This document shows, one piece after another, positions 35,270-46,419 of a stretch of 64,000 nt of DNA. The translations under genes and the position numbers were made by a program. The DNA lies in assembly GCA_004764695.1 (NCBI GenBank), contig SMSO01000037.1, positions 1,898,747-1,962,746 of the forward strand, read 5' to 3'. Each line of letters begins with the position of its first letter. The stretch's first letter is position 1. Below the pieces are notes generated by a model. That model saw nothing but the letters and a program-made list of their open reading frames with translations, did no database searches and was not told the DNA's origin. Origin of the DNA: Schizochytrium sp. TIO01 (taxonomy: Eukaryota > Protista > Bigyra: Labyrinthulomycetes).

Positions 35270-36450
35270 GATCAACGCCTGTGTTTTCTTCTTCTCGCTA
35301 TTCTTCTTCCTGGGAACTGGGGCAGCATTGCTTCCCACAAGAACCAATTACAATAAATACTATTAGATGATAGAGTATGGGACTCGGCGAGGTATCCTTT
35401 TTTTTTTTTTTCCTTCTTTGTCCAAGTGAGAAGACTGAAAAGTGAGTCAGACAATAAGCTAGACAACTGTAAAGTAGCGCTAGCTCCACATTCATTTGCT
35501 AAAGTGCGTTGATTTTCAAAGGTGCTCAATTTTTGGGGAATTCTAGTGATGAAACAACGAACTTGGAGGTGATGTTGTACAGGCGTCGATTGCTTGGATT
35601 TCAAAGGTTCTCTTAAGAGCCTTCTGAAGAGCCCTTTCTCTGTCCATATATTTTGGGTTTCGCAAACCTCTGTTTCGTGGCATGTCCAAGTTGGACGCCC
35701 TGTAGGTGTCGCGCGTTTTTCCCACAGGGAACTCAGTGAGGTCTCGAGTCTCGTGCTCCGCCTCCTTCAATGTCACAAGCTATTTCATACGGTGGTTTCG
35801 TAGTCCCGAGCTGAAGCGAAATGAAAGCTTTCCAAAAATTGAACAAGCTTAACAAGGCTAATGTTGAGAAACCTAAAAAGAGCAATTACGTGGTGGGAGA
35901 CACCCTCAAATACGTGGATAGCACGAAATGATGCATTGTGGTTTACTTCGCATGTGTGCAAATTTTCTGTTAAAGCTTCTGAAAACAAGACAAGCGCCAC
36001 CCAAACACTATTTACCATTTTAGACGCCACTTCAACCTGATCACCCTGTGTAATTTCTATTGGGTCCCCAGCTTAGCTTACTACCGTCGAGCCTGCTTCC
36101 CACCCCAGACGATAATTTGGTCCCAGTCTTAAGCTCTAACGTAAGCAACGGGCGCTCTCTGTTGTCTCTTTATCAAAGACCAAGTTATTTGTCCTACAAA
36201 TTGAAACACCTCGACCATGCTTATTTAGTAAATTTGCCGCTCCAGCCTTGCAGAATCACAGCAATGATCGCGCAGTAGCTTATGAAAATAGCATCTTAAG
36301 CGTACAACAGCTTCATTAGTTCTTAAGTGTCAACTATAGAATTAAAGAACTCTTCAATGTCTGCTTTCACGCTCTACATGATCTCTTTGTGAGCCCATAG
36401 TGAGTTTTCTTTGATCAAATACAAATCTCAGAGTCGAGGATGGTGCCAAT
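35270..36450 (-). pseudogene. Possible decayed coding relic of unknown family
   Basis: Chain of short minus-strand ORFs and protein-like segments (e.g. LIKENSLWAHKEIM*SVKADIEEFFNSIVDT*ELMKLLY) broken by isolated stops. Confidence 0.25.
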
Positions 36451-37677
36451 GAATAATTAAACCCAAACTAACCTTGAAAGGTATCACATAGCATTCCCTA
36501 AGATTTTCAATTTAATATTAATCGCCTTTTCATCAAATGTGTTAGGATTAATTTGTCGTTGGCCGATATGGCTTAGCATTTGTGTTTTGTTATCAAATAT
36601 TGCAATCTTCATTTATAAGATTGACATCCATACCAAGTCGAATTGAACCCATTGGAATCGCAGAACTCCACATCGCCTTTACTTCCCAAGAACTTTTCAC
36701 ACTTTACAAGAGCAAGGAGGCAGGCAAACCAACTTTAACAAACAATAGTTTTATGCATCACAAATCCAACATCATATTTTCATCGTTTTTGCATTAAACA
36801 AATGAAGACCAGTAACGCGCTCCATCTAGACCACACGCTCAAAGGATGGTCGTTTTCCTTGCTATTGCGACCTCTTTATCTTGTTCACGCCCGCTTAAGG
36901 CGCTTCTAATAAAAATTCTTATAAGTTGGTAACACTCGCAATCTATTTTTTCACAAACACAGACAAAATTCGATGCAACAGCACCCAAGCCTTAAAACAT
37001 TTGGATGCCTTGCCTGGAATGTACCTCATGAAACATACCTCAGACATCTATTATTACAATTATTCTAATTATTATAAATTATTTACAACTTTTAATTTTA
37101 AATATTGAAGGAAACGGAATAGGCAAAAGAATAATTCGTTGATTATAAAAAATAAAGGATGCAAAGAAAGAAAGAAGGGTTGTCCGCCTCAAGCTTGGAA
37201 CTGCCGTCCGCCTGCAATACTCTTCACAGTTCACTTCGCCCAGCAGGGTGCCTGTTTCCCCCCACTCCCCGTTCCTGCGTGGTCTTCTTCTCGCCACGCG
37301 CCACACACGAGCGTACTCACCGCTAAGCAACATCGCTCTCAAGTCGTTTGCCTTTCGTCGTCATCCCTCCGTCTCGTTCTTTCAACCGAGGACGGAGCTT
37401 CAAGGGGACCGTCATCACCGCCAAGGTGATCCAACGCTGGATAGCTATTTCCGTGACACTTTGTCACCATTCAATAGCCTCTAACAAGGCGAACATTGTG
37501 TGGCTGCGATCTGATAGATCCTCTTGATTAACATCAGAAGATTGTATTTAGCAAAACGGCTTAGACGTTGACTATCACATTTCTCAAAGGAACCAAAAAC
37601 ATCGGTGTGACTCACACAAGCAAAGCTCAGGTTTATATCGATACAAGTGGACGCTGCGAAGGTGAACTCTTGGAGCA

Positions 37678-38379
37678 ATGGCCTTACCTAAATCATGGCG
37701 CTTGAGCAGCAATTCGTCATCCTCGCAGGACATTTCTAGTCGCGACGATGGAGGGTTTTGGGCGCAGGCATGGCAGCGAGGTAGTCGCGAAGCTCTTGCA
37801 GGAGCTGTCTCGGTATTCGTAGGTCTAGCACTCTGGGAGGGCGTCCGTATGTGGCAGCGTTATAACTTCTCTAGAAAGCTTGCACGGGATCTTAACAAGG
37901 GCGGCCTTGCAAACGTTGTCGTGGCTGGCAGCATGCCCTTCGACGCCATTGCTGTGTCCGATGTTCTGCAAGAGTTTCTTCCTGGTGTTGAAGCAGACTT
38001 CGTGGCTCCTGAGGCTGAGATTTCTATCCCAGACCAGGCTGAGGTTGATCGTGAGGGTCCTTGGAATATTGTCCGTAAGAGGGCCAAACGGCACGCCGAG
38101 ATTGCTCGAAATCAGATTTTAGCAGCGCAGGTTGACCAGGATAGCCTTGTCTCGCTTAGGTTGGCTGTTGGTATGTACTGCGATGTGATTGAGCTGGACC
38201 CAGAGACACAAATGCCCATCGTTTGGGTGGAAGTTATAGATGTAGACTCTGGTCGAAGCGGTAGTGCTTGCCAAGTTGGTGGCATCTTGGCAAGGAGAGA
38301 AGGCAAACCACCTGTTCAGGCCTTTCTCAGACACGAGGCTGTAGAGCTCGCTTGGGAACAGTTTGTACAACGCTCTTAA
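37678..38379 (+). CDS. Membrane-anchored protein with degenerate YjjX/PRRC1-like (non-canonical NTP phosphatase) domain, 233 aa
   Basis: Hydrophobic anchor ALAGAVSVFVGLALWEGV, then VVVAGSMPFDAIAV..ISIPDQ..RKRAKRHAEIAR..LAVGMYCDVIE..IVWVEVIDVDSGRSG, in the order of YjjX-family motifs. The CDS itself is well supported; the family call is tentative. Confidence 0.55.
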   Translation: MALPKSWRLSSNSSSSQDISSRDDGGFWAQAWQRGSREALAGAVSVFVGLALWEGVRMWQRYNFSRKLARDLNKGGLANVVVAGSMPFDAIAVSDVLQEFLPGVEADFVAPEAEISIPDQAEVDREGPWNIVRKRAKRHAEIARNQILAAQVDQDSLVSLRLAVGMYCDVIELDPETQMPIVWVEVIDVDSGRSGSACQVGGILARREGKPPVQAFLRHEAVELAWEQFVQRS

Positions 38380-39463
38380 GTGCTTGCAAACGCTCACTGC
38401 GTGCTATTTTATTTTCTGCGGACGACCTTAGTTTGGAACGTCAGACGCACCCTTGGCACTAGGCGTGATTCATTTAAATATGGATCAGGGCTGCGCACGA
38501 CATAAATTGGAGTCTTCTTTGTATACTGATTTTTTGTTTTATGACTTTTTCAAACTCAAGTTTGTTACGTTCCTTATCCATTAAAATAGCAAAACGTTCT
38601 TGGTTTGCAAATTGCAAATTATAAATTGCCAAATCTGTTTTCTCTGGAAAATGCATTTGCCATTTAGTTATTCGTTATATTAGGAATAAATTCACATTTT
38701 AGGGGGGAGCGGTGTTGACACGCGTCCAAGACAAATTGTTGTTTGAAGAAAGCTTAGTTTTAGAGCTTGTATTTTGGGACTCACTCGAGCCTTCGATATT
38801 AAACCTAGGAATTATCTTTCATCTTAAAAAAAAACTATATGTTCTTTTAAGACAAATGCGAATGAAGACAGCATTCTTGTTTGCATCATCATTTGCTTTG
38901 GAGAGGAGAAGGTACACGTCTCGATATCTCAATAATAAAGTTTGTAGACAGTTTGGTAACGTGACTCGAAGTAGTGGTTTTCTGAAACCATGCATCCCTT
39001 ATTGATGAAGGAAGAGGAGAAGAGAAAATAGGTTGATTCAAAAAATCTTTTCAAATTCATCTGTCAAAAAAAGTGGCAGGAGAATATATGGGGTCATTGC
39101 TCGACCCATATATGATCGAAGCGTTGCTCGAGTGCGCGGAAAGGTTTATGTGTAAGCATGTTTGGGGTGGGTGTTGGGCAGAGGTGCTACAGAGAGTACA
39201 TCTGACAACTCAAACGAAGAAAAGAGGCCAAAAGTTTCAATAACAACAACAACAACAACAACAACAATAGCAACCAGCAACATGAAAGCGAACATCAATA
39301 GCGGACCATAGAGGTTTTGGCGGACCAACTATACATGGTGTAGACGCGTTTGATAGTATGTGTGTGAATGAAATATTCTGACGGGAAGTAGCGTATGCGG
39401 AAATGCTAGTCAGGTATTGCTTATCTCGAAAAGTAATTCTACTGCAGGTACACAGCTGTTTGT

Positions 39464-41089
39464 TTACTCATCGTCGTCGCTAAAGGTGACGTGGCTAGCC
39501 TCCTTCATGGGGCCATCCTGATCCTTAAAGTGGGATCCGTAGAGTTTGTGCTCCTTCTTCTTGACGGAGTTGCCGAACTTTGCGAGCGATGCAGGAACCT
39601 CCTCGCCAGCTTCGCGAAGAACGTTCTGCAAAGCGCCAGCAAGGTGCTTGTCGTGTTGTGTGAAAAAAGTGTATGCAGTACCCTTGGCACCGGCACGTCC
39701 AGTACGACCGATGCGGTGGACGTAGTCCTCGACAGTGAGCGGGAAGGTGACGTTAATGACGTACTCGACACCCTTGATATCGAGTCCGCGCGAAGCGACA
39801 TCAGTAGCGACCAGAATAGGGTACTCTCCGGAGTCGAACTTGCGAACTGCCTCCTCGCGCGCGCTCTGGAGCTTATCTCCATGAACACCCATAACCTTGT
39901 ATCCGTTACGGATGAGAGTGTTCTCCAAGTTTGCGGCCTCCTTCTTGTAGAGTCCAAAGATAACGATACGGTTCTTTCCAGTGTGGATCTTCTTGAGCAG
40001 GTTGAGAAGCTTGCGCTCCTTCTCGTACGGCTCAACGACCTCAACGATCTGTGTGACGGAGGTTGATGCGGACAGCTGGTCACTGCCAACAGTGACGCGA
40101 ATCGGGTTGCTCATGAAGCTTGCGGCAAGGTTACGGATCTCGGTAGGCCAGGTTGCCGAGAACATAACAGTCTGGCGTCCATCCTCAGCAGCTACGCACT
40201 CGCCGATGATGCGGCGCACGTCCTTCTCGAATCCCATGTCAAGCATGCGGTCGGCCTCATCAAGAACAAGGTAGTGCACGTTTGAGAGGTCGATCACCTG
40301 ATCGTTCACGAAGTCGATAAGGCGTCCAGGGGTGGCAACGAGGATATCGAGAGTGTTCAAGTTCTCGATCTTCTTGCGCTGCTCCCACTTGGGCTGGCCT
40401 CCGAAGACCACAAGCGCCGAAAGATTGTCACACGCAGCGCAGGCCTGTTCAGCGACCTTGGCACTCTGCATTGCGAGCTCACGGGTGGGCGCGAGGACAA
40501 GGGCACGGGGACGAGCTGCGGCACCCTTTCCGAATTCGCCTTGGAGCATACGGCAGATACCCGGGAGGAGGAAGGCGAGGGTCTTTCCACTACCAGTCTG
40601 AGCGATACCGACCATGTCGCGACCGGCAAGCACGATGGGCCATGCCTGAGCCTGAATCGGCGACGGTGTCTTAAATCCCTTACAGCAGGCATTCATCGTC
40701 GGCAGAGCGACCTCTGAGAAGCAGGCCTTAGCCACCTCAAAGCTCGTGTACGGCAGGGGGTCCACATCGCCCTCAATTGTGATCCGTTTCTCCTCACGAA
40801 ACTTTTCAGCCTCAGCCTTGGAAACCTTGGCCTCGGGCACCGAAGATGAGGATCCTGAGCTCTTGCTCTTCTTGTCTTTCTTGGCCTTCTTGGAGTTCAC
40901 GGCATCCTCGGCTTCAACCTCGTCGCGGGACCGCTTTTTGTCCTTCTTCTCCTTCTTGTCCTTCTTAGCTTTCTTGGCCTTTTTCCGCTCTGCTACGTCC
41001 TCTTCCGCCTCCGGATCGGACTTGACCTTCTTGTCCTTCTTGTCCTTCTTGGCCTTCTTGGCCTCCTTGCGTGCAATGTCTTCGCCCAT
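39464..41089 (-). CDS. DBP3: DEAD-box RNA helicase Dbp3-like (rRNA processing), 541 aa
   Basis: Lys-rich N-terminus; Q motif FKTPSPIQAQAWP, AQTGSGKT, PTRELA, TPGRL, DEAD, SATWP, HGD, SRGLD, HRIGRTGRAG; Dbp3-type tail VKKKEHKLYG. caagATG at 41089. Confidence 0.9.
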   Translation of the reverse strand: MGEDIARKEAKKAKKDKKDKKVKSDPEAEEDVAERKKAKKAKKDKKEKKDKKRSRDEVEAEDAVNSKKAKKDKKSKSSGSSSSVPEAKVSKAEAEKFREEKRITIEGDVDPLPYTSFEVAKACFSEVALPTMNACCKGFKTPSPIQAQAWPIVLAGRDMVGIAQTGSGKTLAFLLPGICRMLQGEFGKGAAARPRALVLAPTRELAMQSAKVAEQACAACDNLSALVVFGGQPKWEQRKKIENLNTLDILVATPGRLIDFVNDQVIDLSNVHYLVLDEADRMLDMGFEKDVRRIIGECVAAEDGRQTVMFSATWPTEIRNLAASFMSNPIRVTVGSDQLSASTSVTQIVEVVEPYEKERKLLNLLKKIHTGKNRIVIFGLYKKEAANLENTLIRNGYKVMGVHGDKLQSAREEAVRKFDSGEYPILVATDVASRGLDIKGVEYVINVTFPLTVEDYVHRIGRTGRAGAKGTAYTFFTQHDKHLAGALQNVLREAGEEVPASLAKFGNSVKKKEHKLYGSHFKDQDGPMKEASHVTFSDDDE

Positions 41090-41304
41090 CTTGACGCAGA
41101 TCGCTCGCGTGTGGTTCAACGAGCAGGAGCGCGCGCGATAAAGTGACCCCGCTAGATTCGGGGCTTGGTTGCCGAGTTCACAGAGAGACTGACCACGTTC
41201 CGAGCGCTCGCAGCGTCCGGAGTGGGTCGAGTTGTTGCGATTCTGCAGACTCAAGTTCTCGAGGCCCTTCATTCTCCCCAGCGCCTTCGCGCCAGTACTT
41301 GGCC

Positions 41305-43056
41305 GCGTATTTTAATCGCACCCCCTCCATATTATCAATACGGACCCCGCGGCGTATTTTAATTTCCAAGTGTATTTTATTCCAGCTCGACTACTTCGCA
41401 GAAACCAGGCGGAAACCAATGCCAAGGCGCTCTTGCCGAGCTACAAGAGGATCTTGAAAGGTGGTCTTAGCCTCGCAGAGACCGGCTTCGAGAGGGCGCG
41501 AGCAGAGCCTTGGCTTGTAGCACCTGCTGTTTCCACCAGGTGCCCATGTTTTCATGAGCAAGAAGAGCCTCCTCGCAACCACTCGTGACGACTGCTTCTG
41601 TCACAAGACCCAGTGTGTCAATTCCTTTCCGGTTCTGCTGTCCAAACCCGCGGCCCGTGGTCAGAACTGTGACAATGCGCGTGGTCGGTATTCGACGCAC
41701 GTCCTTTTCCCTTGCGCTGTGGAGAGAGGGCAATAAAAGACAGCGTGCAAATAAAATACGCCGCAGTGCGTGCAATTTAAGACGTGTGCGAAGTCATTCT
41801 GTCAGTCAGTTTAGTAGTTCTTGTTCTGGCCTTTCACGATGGTTTGCATGCAAACAACCGCAGAACCCTGCAAGATGGATCATCTCGCGGAGCTTCGCCA
41901 ATCGGGTTGGTCTCCGCGCACGCGTTGCACTTCGCCTTGCACTGCCTTGCATGGCATCTTGGAATTGCAATCTGTTGCTGCATCGGAAACTAATTCGGAA
42001 GCCGTGAAACAGGGCCATAAAAAGCTGCCAAAGCTCGCCCAAAACGAAGTCAATCGATGCTTAAATCAAACCGATCTCCTGTCCAAAGCAACGCAAATTG
42101 AAGAAAACTGTGCGCTGCCATAGAGGAGTTTGATTGACCCATTTGATCAATTGAATGACGCTAGAACGTGCCGCGGAGGTGAGTTTCGTGGTCCAAGCAA
42201 GCAAGCAAGCAAGCAAGCAAGTAAGTAAGTGCCTGAGCGCACAACTTGAATGCAAGTTCACTGTCAGACTTCGTGCACTCAGACAGCAAGGACCTCGAAA
42301 ACTGACCAGCTTTTTTTGGAGACCAGATTCGTGAATCGTTCATTGACTTCAATCAATCGCTGCCTGAAGCAAGAGCAGGAACAACGCAGTGAGAGCAACA
42401 TTTGTGGCATGATCATGAAGTAGATTTTACATTCCTAGTTTTCTATTTCTTTACTCCTTATCGTATGATCTCATTAGTTAGCTCTAGAGGCACATAGGCA
42501 GCTATTAGTAGTGGGCTTAGTGTTAAAAACAATTATAAACGATGACTAATTTTAACATATATATATATATTTTTTTTTTTAAATTATTAAATTGAAGTGT
42601 TTTCTTTTCTTTTTTTCTCCTTTCTTTTCTTTCTTTTCTTTTCTTTTCTTTTTTTTCTGCTTTTTTGCTTTTTTGCTTTTTTTTTGTTTTCCTGAGCTGT
42701 CTTACTTTCTTGTTTTCCTTGGAGAAAAACTCCTGCAGGTCTCCTCCGCTCACGCCTGCTGCGAAGGAGAAAACCTCTCGGCGTGTCGAGGCAGAGGCCC
42801 TTAGGTTGACCTCGACTGGAAAGCTCAATTTTGTCTTCACTTCGGCCCTCACTCGAACCCATCAAATGCAAAACGAATGTCGATCTTGAGATCTCCATCT
42901 CCACGTTCGTCGCGAAGGAATCAGCGCCCCTCATTTAAAGACACCCTCTTTGCTAAGTGCCCGCTATGCGCTATTAAGACCCAAGGCTTTTGGCAGCTAA
43001 TAAAATACGTGCACCCCACAGGTGAATACAAGTATAGCATTGGGGTGCGTATTTTA
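41305..43056. promoter_or_regulatory. Recurrent TAAAATACG motif in the divergent DBP3-TIM44 intergenic region
   Basis: GCGTATTTTAAT at 41305 and 41352, GTGTATTTTATT at 41370, ATAAAATACGC at 41751, and the inverted pair TAAAATACGTGCACCCCA (43001) / TGGGGTGCGTATTTTA (43041). Confidence 0.5.
42601..42690. repeat. (CTTTT)n polypyrimidine tract
   Basis: Directly visible T/C run. Confidence 0.85.
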
Positions 43057-43160
43057 AGACGCCACTTCGGGAAGGGAGAGAAATGAGAGGAAAAAGAAGA
43101 AGAGTGAAGAGAGGATGAACTGAAGGCCAAGAAAGTGACCAATGAAATAAAAAAGGCACA

Positions 43161-43217
43161 AAGTAGGTTATAGCAGAGCCCAAAGTGGAGTATAAAGTTG
43201 CAGTTAGTGGAGTATAG
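43161..43217 (+). promoter_or_regulatory. Three phased copies of AAGTRRRNTATAG-like motif upstream of TIM44
   Basis: AAGTAGGTTATAG at 43161, AAGTGGAGTATAA at 43183, TAGTGGAGTATAG at 43205 (22-bp spacing). Confidence 0.6.
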
Positions 43218-43404
43218 CGGGGGAAAGAAGAACAAAGTAGCGCATGCGAGGTAAAGCAATGTAAAGTAAAGTAATTGAAAGCGATGGAAAAGCAGGAGAG
43301 ACCAGGCGCAGCCTTTGATGGCACTGCAAAGCATCAACGCTGGCAGCCTCGAGCAGCCTCTTCTGCGCCTTCGACGAGCCCCCGCAAGGGAAGCATCAAG
43401 GAAG

Positions 43405-43560
43405 GTACGCGAAAACCTATTTCTCCACGCACCAGCAACTTTATCTGCCTGCACCTTGGAGCCTTTGCTTTCATAGATCGCGATCGACCTTGAAGCCAAA
43501 GTCGATCCATCCCAAACCCGAAAACTAAACACCAAGGCCAGTTAAGCTAATTGATACCAG
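43405..43560 (+). other. Predicted 5'-UTR intron of TIM44
   Basis: AAG|GTACGC donor; GCTAAT branch-like site at 43546; acceptor taccAG 5 nt before the ATG. Confidence 0.6.
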
Positions 43561-43565
43561 CCATC

Positions 43566-45323
43566 ATGCACGGAGCAGCTCGCGTCTCTACCGCCGCCGC
43601 TCGGCGCCTTGCGGCCCAGCAGAGGTCCCGCGTCGTTGGCGCAAAGGTCCTCTCTGAGAACGGCCTCCGCGGCATGGCCGTGAACCATGCGCAGTGGACC
43701 CGCGGCCTCTCCAGCGGCAGCGACGAGTCCAAGAAGACCAAGACCGAGTCTGAGGACAAGGGATTCTTTGCCAAGATGCGTGAGGAGATCGAGAACGACC
43801 CCAACGTGAAGAAGACCCTCGACGAGCTCAAGCAGCAGAAGGTTGGCGACAAGACCGTCGAGCAGGCTTCCCACGATGCTAAGGAGACCGTCAAGGAGGG
43901 TGCAGAGAAGGCTGAGGAGGGTGTCAAGGAGGCAGGACAGACCATGGGTGAGTTTTTCACCGACCTTCGCAAGGAGCTCGGCCTCGGTGGATCCAAGAAG
44001 GCCAATGTCGACGCCGAAAGCGCTGCCAAGAACGCCAGCGCCGATGCCGAAAACGCCGGCAAGACTGCTAGCGACACCAAGGAAGAGACCAAGGGTGAGG
44101 ATCAGCAGCAGGAGAGCAAGGGTGGGCTCTTTGGAGGTCTCTCTGACCGCTTCAGTTCGGTGCGGAAGAGCGCTCTTTCCAAGTTGCCGGAGTCCTTCGG
44201 CAGCGATGAGAGGTCCTGGGATGAGGCGTTCAAGGCCGTCTTCGGCATCAAGGAGCACAAGCCGCGCCAGAAGGCCTCCGATGAGGTCCCTGAGTGGTTT
44301 GAGGCAGTGGATAAGGACTCTGGAGATGTCTACTACTACAACAACGAGGGCAAGACCGTTTGGGAGAAGCCTGAGAACGCCAAGATCGTCAAGTCCCCTG
44401 AACATGAGGCCCACGACTTCGTGGACGAGGCTAAGGCTCATGCCGCAGAGCCCTCTTACCTCGAGAAGCAGATCATGGAGCGCAGCGCCCGCATTGGACA
44501 GCTTGAGGAGGCCCGTGACGCCGCCATGGCTGAGTCCGATATGGCTACCTTCAAGAAGATCAACGGCGAAATCCGTGACCTTCGCAAGGAGATTGAGAAG
44601 CTTGGACAGCAGGCTAACACTACCGCCATGGTCTTCGTTGAGGAAGAAAAGGGCACCTGGGAGAAGTTCAACGATACCCTTCGTGAGGCTCCCATCTTCC
44701 GGTCCATCCTCGGCATTGCTGACACTGATGTCGCACGCAAGGCACGCGACGCTGCCTCCGATGTCCGTGAGACCCTTGAGACTAGCCAGAACCCGCTAGT
44801 CTACCGCATGTACTCTGTGTATGACTCTGTTTTCGGCGAGACCGAAATGGGCGAGGCTATCCGCGAGTTCCGCAAGCTCGACCCTGAGTTCACCATGGAG
44901 ACCTTCACTGATGAGATGCAGTACCAGATCGCCCCTGCTGTCATCGGTGCCTTCCTTCGTGGTGACATTCCCACCATTGAGTCATACTGCTCGGAAGGTG
45001 CAGGAGCCGCCCTCAAGGCAGCTGTCCAGGAGCGCATCCGTAATGGACGCAAGATGGACGAGCACATTCTCTCCATTGGAGACATCAACATTGCTGCCGC
45101 CAAGGTCGTTGACAAGATGGGACCCATGATCTTTGTCCAGTTCATGGTACAGCAGATTGATTGTCTGTACAACCTTAAGGGCGAGGTTGTCGAGGGTAGC
45201 GACGACCGCATTGTCGGAGTCTTCTACATCATGGGTCTCACCCTTGAGTACGACGAGGAGCTCGCTGAGGTCAAGTGGGTTGTGAAGGAAGTTGGTCTCA
45301 TGGGCCAGACCAACTGGATCTAA
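43566..45323 (+). CDS. TIM44: Mitochondrial import motor subunit Tim44 with internal WW domain, 585 aa
   Basis: Arg/Ala-rich presequence; C-terminal Tim44 domain (ETSQNPLV..FGETEMGEAIREFRKLDPEF..VIGAFLRGD..YCSEG..FVQFMVQQIDCLYNLKGEVVEG); WW motif at 44286-44375. Confidence 0.9.
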   Translation: MHGAARVSTAAARRLAAQQRSRVVGAKVLSENGLRGMAVNHAQWTRGLSSGSDESKKTKTESEDKGFFAKMREEIENDPNVKKTLDELKQQKVGDKTVEQASHDAKETVKEGAEKAEEGVKEAGQTMGEFFTDLRKELGLGGSKKANVDAESAAKNASADAENAGKTASDTKEETKGEDQQQESKGGLFGGLSDRFSSVRKSALSKLPESFGSDERSWDEAFKAVFGIKEHKPRQKASDEVPEWFEAVDKDSGDVYYYNNEGKTVWEKPENAKIVKSPEHEAHDFVDEAKAHAAEPSYLEKQIMERSARIGQLEEARDAAMAESDMATFKKINGEIRDLRKEIEKLGQQANTTAMVFVEEEKGTWEKFNDTLREAPIFRSILGIADTDVARKARDAASDVRETLETSQNPLVYRMYSVYDSVFGETEMGEAIREFRKLDPEFTMETFTDEMQYQIAPAVIGAFLRGDIPTIESYCSEGAGAALKAAVQERIRNGRKMDEHILSIGDINIAAAKVVDKMGPMIFVQFMVQQIDCLYNLKGEVVEGSDDRIVGVFYIMGLTLEYDEELAEVKWVVKEVGLMGQTNWI

Positions 45324-46419
45324 GCTGCGCATTGCCATTATGGGCATGTACACCAATCCACATATTTCTCAGTCAACCCTAAACTCATACCCTTATGAAA
45401 TGTCGAAGCGTTGCTTGAGCAGCCTTCTGAACTGCATCTGCCTGGTGCCGATTGTGAGATAGATTCCTGAACCTGATTATCTTTTCATGTCGCACCACGA
45501 GGCGGACCCGACACCTATTCTGGGTCTCCCCCGTTGCCCATGCAGACAGCGGGACAGAGAATCCTCGAATCAAATTCCAAATCACACACGCCACTTTTTA
45601 TATGTTTCAAGGCGACGAATCTAATCACCTCCCAAAAAACAAAAAACGCAGAAAAAAAAATAACTCCCTCACTCTCAATCATGAGGCAATCTTCATTCAC
45701 TCTTATATGTGCTTCTGTTGATTGATTGACACACTTCTTACACATATACTCTCATCTATTCCCTTAGACAAAGACGCGCTTCCGCTGCACGTAAACACAC
45801 AAACGAATTAACACGAGCAGACGAATGTAAATCCAGAGAGAGTTGTCCGATGATAAAATTAAAAGAGCTTACGACACCACACTCATTTATCCCGCATCCG
45901 GATCTACGAGTACCGATGCTTTTTATGCTAGATTCTTATACAATGCGTATTGTATTGTTGTTTCTCACCATCTCTATAGTTTACCTTCTTCCATCTCCTT
46001 TGTTTCTTTTGTTGTCCTTATCTCCTCCATCTTATGGATTTCCAAACAATCATCTAATACGCCGGAATCGAAGTTGCATATAAGCCAGCGTACTTGAACA
46101 TAATATTTTCAGCACTTCGCCATCACACTTCAATTATATGTGAAGGTCCATGGCAAAAATTTATTAATAGTTGAAAAATGTGTAGTGAGCGTTTTCTTGG
46201 CGAATACTGTCTTTGGCAAGCAAGTAAAATGCTTATATCGCGCATGTAATCGAATACAGCTAAAGCAAGATTCAATCGCCTTTAAATATAAGAACATATT
46301 GGTACGTATTTATTTGGGTCTATATGATCAATCTATCTAAATCTCAGTGAGGTGAACATTGGCAAATCGCATCAACGAACGCTAAATCTTGTTGCTCTTG
46401 TACAATATAAGAAAGTAAA

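Noticed and set aside
42840-42870. B-box-like GGTTCGAGT on the minus strand (tRNA?)
   Set aside because: No T-stem, acceptor stem or cloverleaf around it.
39491-45356. Long antisense/alternate-frame ORFs over DBP3 and TIM44 (also over RPS15, RPS15A, DUF707 7563-8510, NDC80 28574-29386, ELMO 59770-60714)
   Set aside because: Shadows of the real genes; mostly non-ATG starts and biased compositions.
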